Part shown: one piece after another, positions 44,149 through 53,028 of the stretch
How the letters are laid out: each line of letters opens with the position of its first letter
How positions within the stretch are numbered: the stretch's first letter is position 1
Source: a virus
Lineage: Duplodnaviria; Heunggongvirae; Uroviricota; Caudoviricetes
Reading direction: 5' to 3' (one strand)
IMG/VR virus record: IMGVR_UViG_3300043399_000371
Location: 100,285-164,284 of that record
Length of the DNA: 64,000 bases
Notes under the pieces: model-generated
The model's database searches: none
What the model was told of the DNA's origin: nothing
Seen by the model: only the letters and a program-made list of their open reading frames with translations
Program-made: the position numbers and the translations under genes

Positions 44149-44643
44149 TTAAATCACAAGGGTTTTGATTTCTTCACTCTCGACCATCACTTGATTGGCG
44201 AGAATAACCTGACGTTCAAAAGCTTCCTTTTCCCAAGGCAAAGACCGATATTCCCCGGTCACAACTTCACCATTCCAGCAATTAAGCGACCGACTACCTT
44301 TCACAATCCAATTCAATTTGCCAATCTGATATTGTTCAGCGTGGACCAATTCATGGCAGAGAACTTCAAGGAATTGACGCGAAGCGAGCCTGTAATCGAC
44401 TTCCGCGATCTTGTTGGAACTCCAGTACCGACCATCCCAGCGCGGAGATTTGATGCCGCAAACCCGAATCCAAACGGTATCAGGGAGTTCAAGCTTTTCC
44501 TTCAGAATCGGATAGGCAAGCTTGGCAATCTTGAGATTGTTTTGACCGATTTCCCGTGCGAATTGGTTACGATCATAATTCGCCCCATAGGTGATTGCGG
44601 TACGGGTTTCATAGTTCAGAATGTCGGTATTGCGAATGTGCAT
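44149..44643 (-). CDS. HExxH zinc-metallopeptidase-like protein (SprT/DUF45-like)
   Basis: CHELVHAEQY. Promoter at ~44675..44707. Confidence 0.5.
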   Translation of the reverse strand: MHIRNTDILNYETRTAITYGANYDRNQFAREIGQNNLKIAKLAYPILKEKLELPDTVWIRVCGIKSPRWDGRYWSSNKIAEVDYRLASRQFLEVLCHELVHAEQYQIGKLNWIVKGSRSLNCWNGEVVTGEYRSLPWEKEAFERQVILANQVMVESEEIKTLVI

Positions 44644-44718
44644 TTTGAAGAACCTTGATTCGTTGACTGAAGACTAGATTCTAGTGGAACTGCGCGAGGA
44701 TGTCAACAACTATTTGCA

Positions 44719-45066
44719 TCAGGGGAAGTACCAAGTGAGAACCCGATCCTCATAATTGTCTGCGATATCGTTGTTCAAATCCCAAAGGTTATCGTATTCC
44801 TTAAACAATTTGAAATTGTCATCATAAAGACCAAGAACCCCATCGTACTCCATGATGAACAATTCGTCGCAAGTACAATGAGGAATGCCAGTAGGTTTCA
44901 GATTTTCATGGTCACAATCAAGGAAGAAAACTCCACCCGAGCGACTAAGAGGATATTCCCCCTTGTCTGTCACCCGAGTGTACAATTCAAAACATTCCCA
45001 ATCATAAGTCTTAGAATTCAGACTGTACTGGTAGACTTTGATCAGTTTCGATTCCATCATTTCCAT
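44719..45066 (-). CDS. hypothetical protein
   Basis: Promoter at ~45085..45117. Confidence 0.5.
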   Translation of the reverse strand: MEMMESKLIKVYQYSLNSKTYDWECFELYTRVTDKGEYPLSRSGGVFFLDCDHENLKPTGIPHCTCDELFIMEYDGVLGLYDDNFKLFKEYDNLWDLNNDIADNYEDRVLTWYFP

Positions 45067-45112
45067 GCCTCATTGACTGAAGATTAGAGTTTAAAGCAAT
45101 CGCGGAAGGTTG

Positions 45113-45364
45113 TCAAGCGAAAAGACGTTCACGGGCAGCAGAAGCAAATTCACTCCAGTTACCACATTTATCTTCCCAACGCAAGAGGGAACGACAAGTA
45201 TATGAGATGTATTCTTTTTTACCACAAACAGCTTCCTGATTCAGTTCCCCATTGACAAACACGCGGCAATGGTATACCCCATTGATATTCCGCACCGTGA
45301 CTTCATGATCAACCTCACCAAGAAGGCAGCGTTGAATTTGAATCACTTGTTTATACCGTTCCAT
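45113..45364 (-). CDS. hypothetical Cys-containing small protein
   Basis: 83-aa ORF. Confidence 0.45.
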   Translation of the reverse strand: MERYKQVIQIQRCLLGEVDHEVTVRNINGVYHCRVFVNGELNQEAVCGKKEYISYTCRSLLRWEDKCGNWSEFASAARERLFA

Positions 45365-45365
45365 T

Positions 45366-45707
45366 TTAAATCACCCTGAATTTAATCTCATACCCTTCAT
45401 TGGTGGCATATTGAACCCATTCTAGGAAGTCTTCAATATGCCTTTTTTCTGCATTATAAATTTCATACCCAACAGGATCACGCTCGTTCAAAAAATCATC
45501 ATCAGCATAGATCGGATATTCAAAATCCTCTGCCCCGCTTCTGACCCAATCAATATAGGTTTGAATGGGATCTTCAGAATCATGGATTTTGTAGGTGATA
45601 TTGGTAGGGGTTTGGTAAGCGTCGAAAATCATGGTTTGTTCATCAATCTTCCCGGTCTTAATCACTTGAATATCCCGAGTTGCGATGATTTCAATATTCA
45701 TGCTCAT
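45366..45707 (-). CDS. hypothetical protein
   Basis: 113-aa ORF. Confidence 0.5.
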   Translation of the reverse strand: MSMNIEIIATRDIQVIKTGKIDEQTMIFDAYQTPTNITYKIHDSEDPIQTYIDWVRSGAEDFEYPIYADDDFLNERDPVGYEIYNAEKRHIEDFLEWVQYATNEGYEIKFRVI

Positions 45708-45931
45708 TATCGACCCTTTGCGTATTTGCGAAGCGTTTCCTGATAATCCCTATAATTGGCAGCATTCTTTGCATTACCTTGCCATGCTACCACAATCGTC
45801 CCGGATTTTTTAACTCCCCAAAACCTGCCGACGTTACTCTTATCGCCAGCGTGAACCCATTGACCCGGTTGTGCTTTCGACAGAAGTTCAGCGGGAACTT
45901 GCCAAATGTCAAACGAAGGAAGATATTTCAT
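45707..45931 (-). CDS. hypothetical protein
   Basis: 74-aa ORF. Confidence 0.5.
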   Translation of the reverse strand: MKYLPSFDIWQVPAELLSKAQPGQWVHAGDKSNVGRFWGVKKSGTIVVAWQGNAKNAANYRDYQETLRKYAKGR

Positions 45932-45933
45932 TT

Positions 45934-46155
45934 TTAAGCCCTATCAGCACGATCTTGAAAGTATTTGACGCGACTCAGAAGTTCCTGACAAATCTCCTCC
46001 GCAGCAACATCACCAAGCTTCATAGCAATCGACTCAAGCATTGAAGGAACATAACCGCGAGTATAAGCCAGTTTGTCGCCCTTGTCAATGAATTCTTTTC
46101 CGAGTTCTTCCATCAGAACTTTAGCGAGAATCTTGACGGTTTCGGTATTGTTCAT
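45934..46155 (-). CDS. hypothetical protein
   Basis: Promoter at ~46185..46217. Confidence 0.5.
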   Translation of the reverse strand: MNNTETVKILAKVLMEELGKEFIDKGDKLAYTRGYVPSMLESIAMKLGDVAAEEICQELLSRVKYFQDRADRA

Positions 46156-46225
46156 TTTGATCTACCTTGTTTGTTTGACTGAAGACTAGATTCTAGGGGA
46201 ACTTTGTGAGACTGTCAACTACTTT

Positions 46226-46366
46226 TTAGAACCAGTCTCGATTCTTCTTCAGTTCCGCCTTGTCCCGACTGCGCTCGCCCTTTTTGGAAGCTTTGTGTGA
46301 TCCTGCGCCCGACTTGGTGAACGCGGCGGGAGCGTAGGGATTGCGAGGTTTGATAGTGCGGCTCAT
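46226..46366 (-). CDS. small basic protein (46 aa; internal start M26 of track ORF)
   Basis: Promoter TTGACA-N17-TATACT at ~46400..46432. RBS ggaga. Confidence 0.4.
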   Translation of the reverse strand: MSRTIKPRNPYAPAAFTKSGAGSHKASKKGERSRDKAELKKNRDWF

Positions 46367-46415
46367 TTGATGTTCTCCAGTAAAGAAATCAGTATATAGG
46401 AACTTTGCGAGACTG

Positions 46416-46841
46416 TCAAACAAAAAATCGGGAAATGTCATGGTCGAACCGTGCTTTCTGTTTGGTCAGAACAGCATCAGGAACCCCATGCACGTTATCA
46501 TAGGCACCATTGGAAGTCAAGACAAACGGAAACTTCCCGGTCAGTTTGTTGTAATCGTTGATGTACTGCATGAGTTCCCAACCCTGCGTGAAGGTATTGG
46601 AAACGACAACATTATTCCCAATGCCAAGATTCAAAAAAGTATGCTCAAAGCACCAAGCATGGGCATCAGACAGTTTGCTGGCATTGAAGTGATAGTCCCC
46701 ACTAGGGCTAACAAAAAACTTATCCGCCTCAAGATGAACGAATCCAGCAGTCTCCACCAGCATCTTAGCGAAAGTGGATTTGCCAGAACCCGAAATGCCG
46801 CGAACAAGAATCAGTTGACCGATCATTTTTTTACTCTCCAA
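46416..46841 (-). CDS. P-loop kinase (AAA_33/polynucleotide-kinase-like)
   Basis: Walker A VRGISGSGKST. Confidence 0.6.
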   Translation of the reverse strand: MESKKMIGQLILVRGISGSGKSTFAKMLVETAGFVHLEADKFFVSPSGDYHFNASKLSDAHAWCFEHTFLNLGIGNNVVVSNTFTQGWELMQYINDYNKLTGKFPFVLTSNGAYDNVHGVPDAVLTKQKARFDHDISRFFV

Positions 46842-47115
46842 TGCAGGGAACTTTGTAGCCAGCGTAGGAACGGATCTTAGAAGTGCGATCCGTATGGAAT
46901 TCCTTGATCTTAACAGAAACTCCGAGATGTTGCAAGCGTTGAATCAGAGTAGTCCCATCAAGATCCTCTTCAAGATATGCATGATCTCCACGCATATGAG
47001 AGTAGGGACTGATCATCAGACGAATACCAATCTTGTCAAGCACCGCGAGAGGAACCTTGTACCAACCATGACCCGGATCGGTGTAGCAGTTGATAGTGAT
47101 CTTCTTCATGCTCAT
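46831..47115 (-). CDS. hypothetical protein
   Basis: Promoter at ~47150..47182. Confidence 0.45.
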   Translation of the reverse strand: MSMKKITINCYTDPGHGWYKVPLAVLDKIGIRLMISPYSHMRGDHAYLEEDLDGTTLIQRLQHLGVSVKIKEFHTDRTSKIRSYAGYKVPCIGE

Positions 47116-47189
47116 CCTTGTGTTTGTTGACTACAGAACGAATCATAGCATGGTGCCGGAAGCATTGTCAACCCCCGGCACCATCTTTT

Positions 47190-47804
47190 TTATCGAACAA
47201 GCGTGATGCCAGTTGCGACTTCAGCTTTCACAACGTATGCGCGAGCATTGACGTAGGTAGTGTTCAGTTCCTTTTCTACCATGCGGACGATATCACCCCG
47301 TTTGGGAGTGGTAGCGGCGTTTTCCCGAATGATACGCTCCACGGCAGCGTGACGGGCAAGATCGGGCTTCCTGCCGCGTTTCTTGGGTGCCTCGGCAACG
47401 GTAGCACCAGCAGCAACAGGACCAGCAGCGACCGATTCAACGGCAACCGGAGCGGGTTCAGTAAAGGTAGCTTTTTGTTCAATCATGATAACATCTCCTT
47501 CAAAGAGTTCAGGCTTTTCAATCCTCAGAGTTTCAAGACGATCCTTCGCGTATGCTTCAATTTCATCAGTAGAAGGATCAATGTTTTCGTTGATCATTTT
47601 GACAACGAATTCGACTGCCGCTTTAGCGAGAATTTCATTCTCCACTTTGGTCTTACCGGGAACAACCCCGAAAGAATTGATGACCCCAACGGCAAATTTG
47701 TTACTGTCACGGGAAGAACGAATCCCATCACCAATTGCATTAACTGCGCGGAGAACCGATTTGCCTTCAATGCCATAGGAACCGAGAATCAGATCGTAGT
47801 TCAT
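47190..47804 (-). CDS. hypothetical protein (start at MNYDLIL; basic C-terminal tail RGRKPDLARH)
   Basis: Consensus promoter 47837..47864 (TTGACA-N16-TATAAT). Conserved leader ...actggagtacacaag-ATG. Confidence 0.5.
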   Translation of the reverse strand: MNYDLILGSYGIEGKSVLRAVNAIGDGIRSSRDSNKFAVGVINSFGVVPGKTKVENEILAKAAVEFVVKMINENIDPSTDEIEAYAKDRLETLRIEKPELFEGDVIMIEQKATFTEPAPVAVESVAAGPVAAGATVAEAPKKRGRKPDLARHAAVERIIRENAATTPKRGDIVRMVEKELNTTYVNARAYVVKAEVATGITLVR

Positions 47805-47836
47805 CTTGTGTACTCCAGTCAAGTTGCGATGATTAA

Positions 47837-47864
47837 ATTATACAGGATTCGTTCAGCGTGTCAA
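47837..47864 (-). promoter_or_regulatory. consensus sigma70 promoter plus conserved leader cassette (copy 1 of 3)
   Basis: gtagTTGACAcgctgaacgaatcctgTATAATttaatcatcgcaacttgactggagtacacaagATG. Confidence 0.6.
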
Positions 47865-47874
47865 CTACTTTGTT

Positions 47875-48150
47875 TCAAAATTTGTAGACTTTTCCACCAG
47901 CACGGATTTCAGTAACTCCATCAAGGAAGACCGACCGATAGCCCATCTTGTGAACATTGAATGCCGACACAAGGTCTTCCTTGTTTTGAATCACATTGAT
48001 GCCACCCTTACTATACTTCCGAACTCCCGTGCGACCATTGATCTTGCGGGTAGTACCATCTTGTTTCGACTCAAAAGTGGCAGTAAAGAACTTGCCTTTT
48101 TGAGCGGCGATGATTTTACGGATCTCAGCACGTTTAGCGATCATTTCCAT
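47875..48150 (-). CDS. hypothetical basic protein
   Basis: Promoter/leader cassette copy 2 at 48151..48212. Confidence 0.5.
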   Translation of the reverse strand: MEMIAKRAEIRKIIAAQKGKFFTATFESKQDGTTRKINGRTGVRKYSKGGINVIQNKEDLVSAFNVHKMGYRSVFLDGVTEIRAGGKVYKF

Positions 48151-48183
48151 CTTGTGTACTCCAGTTAAGTTGCGATGATTGAA

Positions 48184-48212
48184 TTATGAACTAGAAGAAT
48201 CGGACTGTCAAC
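48184..48212 (-). promoter_or_regulatory. sigma70-like promoter TTGACA-N17-CATAAT plus conserved leader (copy 2)
   Basis: ttgTTGACAgtccgattcttctagttCATAATtcaatcatcgcaacttaactggagtacacaagATG. Confidence 0.6.
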
Positions 48213-48221
48213 AAAAACTTT

Positions 48222-48488
48222 TCAATCGATTTCGTTGTACCCATAGTCTTCATCTACACCCATTCCAGCAGAACTAAGAACGTCGGCATCAGCTTCCGAA
48301 TTGGTCATATGGGAATAGTCATCATCCAAATCGAATTCTTCGTAGTCAGCAACCCCACGTTGAAAACCCGAATCATAAAATTCCCTTTGTGCATCAGAGA
48401 AAGTATTGTTTTCAATGCCTTGTGTTCGACCATCGTAATACCCAATGGAAAAAGCAACCATATGATCGTAGCTGATTTTCTGTTCCAT
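48222..48488 (-). CDS. acidic hypothetical protein
   Basis: Leader cassette copy 3 (...acaactggagtacacaagATG) at 48489..~48540. Confidence 0.5.
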   Translation of the reverse strand: MEQKISYDHMVAFSIGYYDGRTQGIENNTFSDAQREFYDSGFQRGVADYEEFDLDDDYSHMTNSEADADVLSSAGMGVDEDYGYNEID

Positions 48489-48589
48489 CTTGTGTACTCC
48501 AGTTGTGTTGTCGAGGATTAAATTATGAACTAGCCAGCATCAGGTGTCTAATTGATTGTTACTATCGTCCCACCACAACCGATAGTTTT

Positions 48590-48799
48590 TTACTTAAGCC
48601 CGAATCGTTCACGCATCAAAGCTTGTGCAGTACGAATGACCGACTTGCTATCATGGAACACGGGATCATTTAGCCGATCACAACACGCATTCACGATAAG
48701 CTTTGTGAATTTGTTGGGATCGAAGTTAGTGTAATTCCATACACCATTATTCAGTACAGCACCGGATTTAGCTAGTGCATCTTGTGTAAAACTATCCAT
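48590..48799 (-). CDS. hypothetical protein (internal start MDSF)
   Basis: RBS ggaataaaa-ATG. Confidence 0.4.
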   Translation of the reverse strand: MDSFTQDALAKSGAVLNNGVWNYTNFDPNKFTKLIVNACCDRLNDPVFHDSKSVIRTAQALMRERFGLK

Positions 48800-48809
48800 T
48801 TTTATTCCT

Positions 48810-49043
48810 TTACCATTTAGAAGAAAGATTGGGAAGAAACCCCGTCTCATTGAACATATTGAATGCCCTTACTCCAGCGTCTTCAGCGTCTTTTGAAGTA
48901 TCCCATACCGCAGCAGAATTAACTTCAGACATAATAGTACCATCACTATCAGTCATTTTAAAGACGCAGCAATACTTATTATTGTAAACTGATTGACCCG
49001 AACCACTATAGATTAGTTTATATTTGTAATCGTGCTTACTCAT
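48810..49043 (-). CDS. hypothetical protein
   Basis: 77-aa ORF. Confidence 0.45.
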   Translation of the reverse strand: MSKHDYKYKLIYSGSGQSVYNNKYCCVFKMTDSDGTIMSEVNSAAVWDTSKDAEDAGVRAFNMFNETGFLPNLSSKW

Positions 49044-49287
49044 CTTGCCCCCTCACACCATAACCATTCCCACCTTTAAACACAAGACCAGTTTCAGTAT
49101 ATGTAATGGTGCCTTGTGAAGTTTTAACTACTTCACCAATTTTAGGATAACCAAGACGCGGACCAAGATCAATCGTTTTAATTTCTTTCCGTTCCATATT
49201 CACTCCAAGATATTGTGTACTCTTATTCATAAACTCAGCAATCATCATCGTCTTTGCAGTATTCAATAAAGTCTTCCCACGATCCAA
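49036..49287 (-). CDS. hypothetical protein (start uncertain, overlaps upstream ORF)
   Basis: 83-aa ORF. Confidence 0.4.
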   Translation of the reverse strand: MDRGKTLLNTAKTMMIAEFMNKSTQYLGVNMERKEIKTIDLGPRLGYPKIGEVVKTSQGTITYTETGLVFKGGNGYGVRGQDE

Positions 49288-49621
49288 GAAAAATACTCTC
49301 TCGCCTGTAATTCAGAACCGATACTTTGTCTTTCGTAATTTTATATTCATACTCTTCCTGAGCATTAAAATCAATCGGATGAAGATAGATGTTTCCAATA
49401 CCCTTTTTCAGATGCCCAATCAGACTAGCAGCGAAACATCCCATACCATTTGATTCTGTGGTGCCACTCTTGTCTTTATATCCATTGACAATTTTTCGAC
49501 CAGTCATAAATTCAGCCAGTTCCATTCCATGAACACTAGGGTATCCATCGAATTGCCTGTAGATACAAACAATAGGCTCATTGTTTTCGTTGTAGATATA
49601 TGTAAGGCAGCGAGTTCCCAT
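49235..49621 (-). CDS. hypothetical protein
   Basis: 128-aa ORF. Confidence 0.45.
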   Translation of the reverse strand: MGTRCLTYIYNENNEPIVCIYRQFDGYPSVHGMELAEFMTGRKIVNGYKDKSGTTESNGMGCFAASLIGHLKKGIGNIYLHPIDFNAQEEYEYKITKDKVSVLNYRRESIFLGSWEDFIEYCKDDDDC

Positions 49622-49623
49622 GA

Positions 49624-49842
49624 TTAACGCTCCAAAATAACGTGATCGCCAAAGTATTCATCAAATACTTCAATAAGATTTTCATAATCCCCTGACATCA
49701 TTTGCTCCTGAATTGGTTTGAAATCATATCCTAGTTGTTTAGAGAGTTGTTTCGCATATGCCATGAGAGCATATTCATTACCATCAGGACCAGTAAGATC
49801 GATCACAATAGGACCGGGATTATCAGTTTTTTTACGGAACAT
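49624..49842 (-). CDS. hypothetical protein
   Basis: Promoter TTGACA-N17-TAAAAT at ~49880..49910. Confidence 0.5.
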   Translation of the reverse strand: MFRKKTDNPGPIVIDLTGPDGNEYALMAYAKQLSKQLGYDFKPIQEQMMSGDYENLIEVFDEYFGDHVILER

Positions 49843-49900
49843 TATAGTGTCTCCAAGTATTGCATGAGTGTATGAATTTTAAAGTAGTGAATCGAAGTTG

Positions 49901-50056
49901 TCAAGCACTTTCGTTGATCTTGCGAACACCAAAGAACATCAGAGTAAGACCTACACCAGCAACCATAGAATTGTACAGAACATCAGCATCCGCATCAAAA
50001 TCAAGATTACCTACTGCCCCAAGAACAATCAACATACCAAGAATGATCCGAATCAT
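49901..50056 (-). CDS. small membrane protein (51 aa), not in ORF track
   Basis: MIRIILGMLIVLGAVGNLDFDADADVLYNSMVAGVGLTLMFFGVRKINESA. Confidence 0.35.
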   Translation of the reverse strand: MIRIILGMLIVLGAVGNLDFDADADVLYNSMVAGVGLTLMFFGVRKINESA

Positions 50057-50178
50057 TTTTCATCCCAATAGAAGTTACCGGAACAATCATCAGCACCAGC
50101 ATCAGTACCGTATTGATTGTACAGCATTTCAATCATTTCATCAAGGTCAGCATCAAGAACAGTAGGATCAAGAATCAT
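50053..50178 (-). CDS. small acidic protein (41 aa), not in ORF track
   Basis: Promoter TTGACA-N17-TAAACT at ~50215..50245. RBS aaagga. ATGA overlap with the next ORF. Confidence 0.35.
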   Translation of the reverse strand: MILDPTVLDADLDEMIEMLYNQYGTDAGADDCSGNFYWDEK

Positions 50179-50216
50179 TTTGTATATCCTTTATTTCATC
50201 CGCAACACCAAGAAGT

Positions 50217-50426
50217 TTAGATGAAAAAACTAGCCTTGTCAATAGTTTTATGGGCAATCATTGAGTTGTTGTTTTTACGCAACATCCTTGACATAGAGTC
50301 CCGATCTAGTGCAAGGGATAGAGCATCAATCTTGTCCCTGAAGCATCCCACAATTTGCTCTTGAAAGACCACATAGAACTTGGAACCGATCTTGTCAATC
50401 TTTGCACCAGTAATTTGAACCATCAT
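50217..50426 (-). CDS. hypothetical protein
   Basis: 69-aa ORF. Confidence 0.4.
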   Translation of the reverse strand: MMVQITGAKIDKIGSKFYVVFQEQIVGCFRDKIDALSLALDRDSMSRMLRKNNNSMIAHKTIDKASFFI

Positions 50427-50446
50427 GGGGTTTCCTCCTGTAGAAG

Positions 50447-50761
50447 TCAGACAGTATACCGTACTTTTTTGATCCCTGCAAGCTTGATTGCTTTGGCGCA
50501 GATCGGGCAGGGCTTCGCGTTCATGGGTTGACCATCAGCATTATACCTTGAAATGAAAATAGAATATGCCCTACTCAGGTCTTTACACTTTGTAATTGCA
50601 TGAATTTCAGCGTGTAGATATTCCTTTTCGGGCATTCCCACATTATTTGCAAGTTTCTTTTGATATGGGTGAGTCTTAACATAAGAGTTTTGACCCACAC
50701 TAATCGGATGACCGCGCTTATCAAAAATAATTGCAGTCATTCGTTGTTTTTTACTTGCCAT
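50447..50761 (-). CDS. small cytidine/deoxycytidylate-deaminase-fold zinc protein
   Basis: HAEIHAI ... PCPICAKAI matches the CDA zinc-binding signature (H-x-E ... PCxxC). Confidence 0.55.
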   Translation of the reverse strand: MASKKQRMTAIIFDKRGHPISVGQNSYVKTHPYQKKLANNVGMPEKEYLHAEIHAITKCKDLSRAYSIFISRYNADGQPMNAKPCPICAKAIKLAGIKKVRYTV

Positions 50762-51047
50762 GTTTTTCTTTGATCATATACGGTTGTTGAACTGCTTTTT
50801 CCATAGCGAGAAGTTCTTTTTCGTTATAATAATTATAAACACAGGAATAACGATCCGAATTCAGACGCCCCATTGCTTTAATTCGACCAACTTTTTTATT
50901 GAAGTTGTCATTAGGTGAGCACCAAGAATATGCAACCTTAAACTTGCAATCACCAATTTGGGTATATGCCATAGTGACACCACCAAGATTAGAAACAGCA
51001 CCATCAAATTCAAAATTGCGGAAGTGAGCAAATTTAATCTTTTCCAT
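50751..51047 (-). CDS. hypothetical protein
   Basis: 98-aa ORF. Confidence 0.45.
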   Translation of the reverse strand: MEKIKFAHFRNFEFDGAVSNLGGVTMAYTQIGDCKFKVAYSWCSPNDNFNKKVGRIKAMGRLNSDRYSCVYNYYNEKELLAMEKAVQQPYMIKEKHGK

Positions 51048-51175
51048 TATAAAACCCCTTTATTTAAAGAAACACGTTGCAACGACACAAGAAGAGAGAA
51101 AGATGATTTCCTCATAGGATCGAAGGAAATCATTGAACCAACAAACAAACCCAAAAACTTTTTCCATTTTATACC

Positions 51176-52105
51176 TCACTCGCAGATAGAGTATTCTGCC
51201 ATACGTTGCCAGTCATTGTCAACTGTGGCGCGGATCTTGCAGGTAGTGATAAGAGAACGCAGCGAAAGGCCACCTCGCGCTCGATCCTTAACAGTATCTA
51301 GGAATTCTAGTGCATCAGCCTTAACTTCTTTGGAATACTCCGGGAGGAAGTTGGGGTCTTTTGCAATAACACGCATACGATCAATCGTTTCATCAAGAGT
51401 CATGGAAACGTCGATCATAAGCGAACGGGAACGAATAGCCTGATCAATATCCGACTGATTTTGATTGGTGATGAAGATGATTTGACCCGTGAACTCAAAA
51501 GTACGCGGGAGATCATCGTCGCCACGCATCTCAGAGTTCCAAGAGATTACACGCTTATCATAAGAATCGAGTGCAGCCTTTAGAATATTGAGTGCGGTAT
51601 CGTTGTTCAGAACGGAATCACAATCGTCATACACAATGATGCCGTTGTTGTTGGCATACAGAGAACGGTAGAGTGCCTTAGGAGTGCTATAACCCTTGAT
51701 GAACACAAACGAATTGCTACGATCAATACCGAGTGCATCATCAGTATCGATAAGCGAGAAATCATCAAGACCACTAGTCTCCAATGCTTTGCGGACGGTA
51801 TAGGTCTTACCGAGTCCACCCGCGCCGGAGATGACAACAGAAGGCTGAACCTTCTCCGCGACCATCTTGACCGCTTTCTCAAGGAAATCGAATCGTTCAT
51901 TAATGTGAAAGCGACTCTCGGAAAAGTTTACAACATTAGCGGATGTACGCTTCTTAGAACGCCCATCAACGTATGTGCCGAGTTTTTTCTCTACCATAAT
52001 CTCAGCGGCACGATGCGTATAGGCAGCACCAAGAAATTCACCATTGACATAAGCTTCAAAACGCTTGCCGACTTGCGTAACACCAGTAAAGGAATTGTCG
52101 AACAT
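51176..52105 (-). CDS. AAA-family P-loop ATPase
   Basis: Walker A SGAGGLGKTY. Promoter at ~52135..52167. Confidence 0.55.
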   Translation of the reverse strand: MFDNSFTGVTQVGKRFEAYVNGEFLGAAYTHRAAEIMVEKKLGTYVDGRSKKRTSANVVNFSESRFHINERFDFLEKAVKMVAEKVQPSVVISGAGGLGKTYTVRKALETSGLDDFSLIDTDDALGIDRSNSFVFIKGYSTPKALYRSLYANNNGIIVYDDCDSVLNNDTALNILKAALDSYDKRVISWNSEMRGDDDLPRTFEFTGQIIFITNQNQSDIDQAIRSRSLMIDVSMTLDETIDRMRVIAKDPNFLPEYSKEVKADALEFLDTVKDRARGGLSLRSLITTCKIRATVDNDWQRMAEYSICE

Positions 52106-52194
52106 TGTGTGTGTCCTGTTTGAGTTGCGATTCCGAGATTGTGAAGGAATCGGTTATCTGTGTCAAGTCCTATTTTTGTTGTATTTTTACAACA

Positions 52195-52575
52195 TTAGTT
52201 CTTGACAAAATTTGACTTGTATGATAGGAACAAATCATAGGCGAGTTCCATTTCATCTTTATCAATTGCTTTTTTGATAATATTTTTGAGATCAATTTTT
52301 AGTTGACTTTCGATACCCAATACGTTTGGGTAGTAAGTATGCTCGATAGAGATAGCAATACCAGCATCTTTTAGAATTTGCAAGTCCTCATCAAAGCCAC
52401 AATCATCAATATCACCAACATAAGAGTGTCCATTCATTTCCGCAACATTTTTTGCATCTGTAAATGGAATTTTATAGAGTGCGTGAATTGCGCGGACAAC
52501 CTCAGACTTGTTAATGTGCCTATTGTATACAATAGGAATACGAATAGCGAGACGTTTCATTTTATTATTCCTCAA
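52195..52575 (-). CDS. hypothetical protein
   Basis: 126-aa ORF. Confidence 0.45.
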   Translation of the reverse strand: MRNNKMKRLAIRIPIVYNRHINKSEVVRAIHALYKIPFTDAKNVAEMNGHSYVGDIDDCGFDEDLQILKDAGIAISIEHTYYPNVLGIESQLKIDLKNIIKKAIDKDEMELAYDLFLSYKSNFVKN

Positions 52576-52820
52576 AAAGAATTACATTTGACACCGCGAC
52601 CAAGTTCATCCATCACTTGACGGGCATTTCCACCTTCACCAATTACGAATTTATAACCATCAATACAACGAACTTCAGTCATACCATTGATGCCGAATGA
52701 TACCGCAGATTGGTTTGGAATACTAGCCCCAAACATAACAGGAAGTGTGATTGCTGCGAGGACTCCTAGAATGCAAATGACAATCATCACTTCAATCAGA
52801 GTAAAACCTTTGATTTTCAT
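52572..52820 (-). CDS. type IV pilin/pseudopilin-like protein with class-III (prepilin peptidase) signal
   Basis: MKIKGFTLIEVMIVICILGVLAAITLP matches the G/FTLIE prepilin N-terminus. Confidence 0.55.
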   Translation of the reverse strand: MKIKGFTLIEVMIVICILGVLAAITLPVMFGASIPNQSAVSFGINGMTEVRCIDGYKFVIGEGGNARQVMDELGRGVKCNSF

Positions 52821-52821
52821 C

Positions 52822-53028
52822 TTATTCCACCAGTTTGTTGATTGCTTGTACGATCAGTTTAGCTTCATCTTTTGTGAATGTCAACCGAGTATGTGCTTTC
52901 TTGCTATCAATGCTATCATAGTATCTGATCTCTAGCAAGTCCAATCCATCACGATCCGGACCGATTTCATACCGATAATCCATGTTATAGAGTTCAAACA
53001 TCATTTCAAGTTCAAGCTTGTTGTTCAT
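52822..53028 (-). CDS. hypothetical protein
   Basis: 68-aa ORF. Confidence 0.4.
   Translation of the reverse strand: MNNKLELEMMFELYNMDYRYEIGPDRDGLDLLEIRYYDSIDSKKAHTRLTFTKDEAKLIVQAINKLVE

Noticed and set aside
38352-48168. Numerous plus-strand ORFs (e.g. 38724..39464, 39464..39766, 40039..40464, 42653..43117, 44191..44658, 46440..46880, 47118..47915, 47383..47778) in the GC-richer island
   Set aside because: They lie antisense to minus-strand genes that each have a canonical promoter and RBS. Elevated GC removes stop codons and creates long shadow ORFs. None has its own promoter or RBS.
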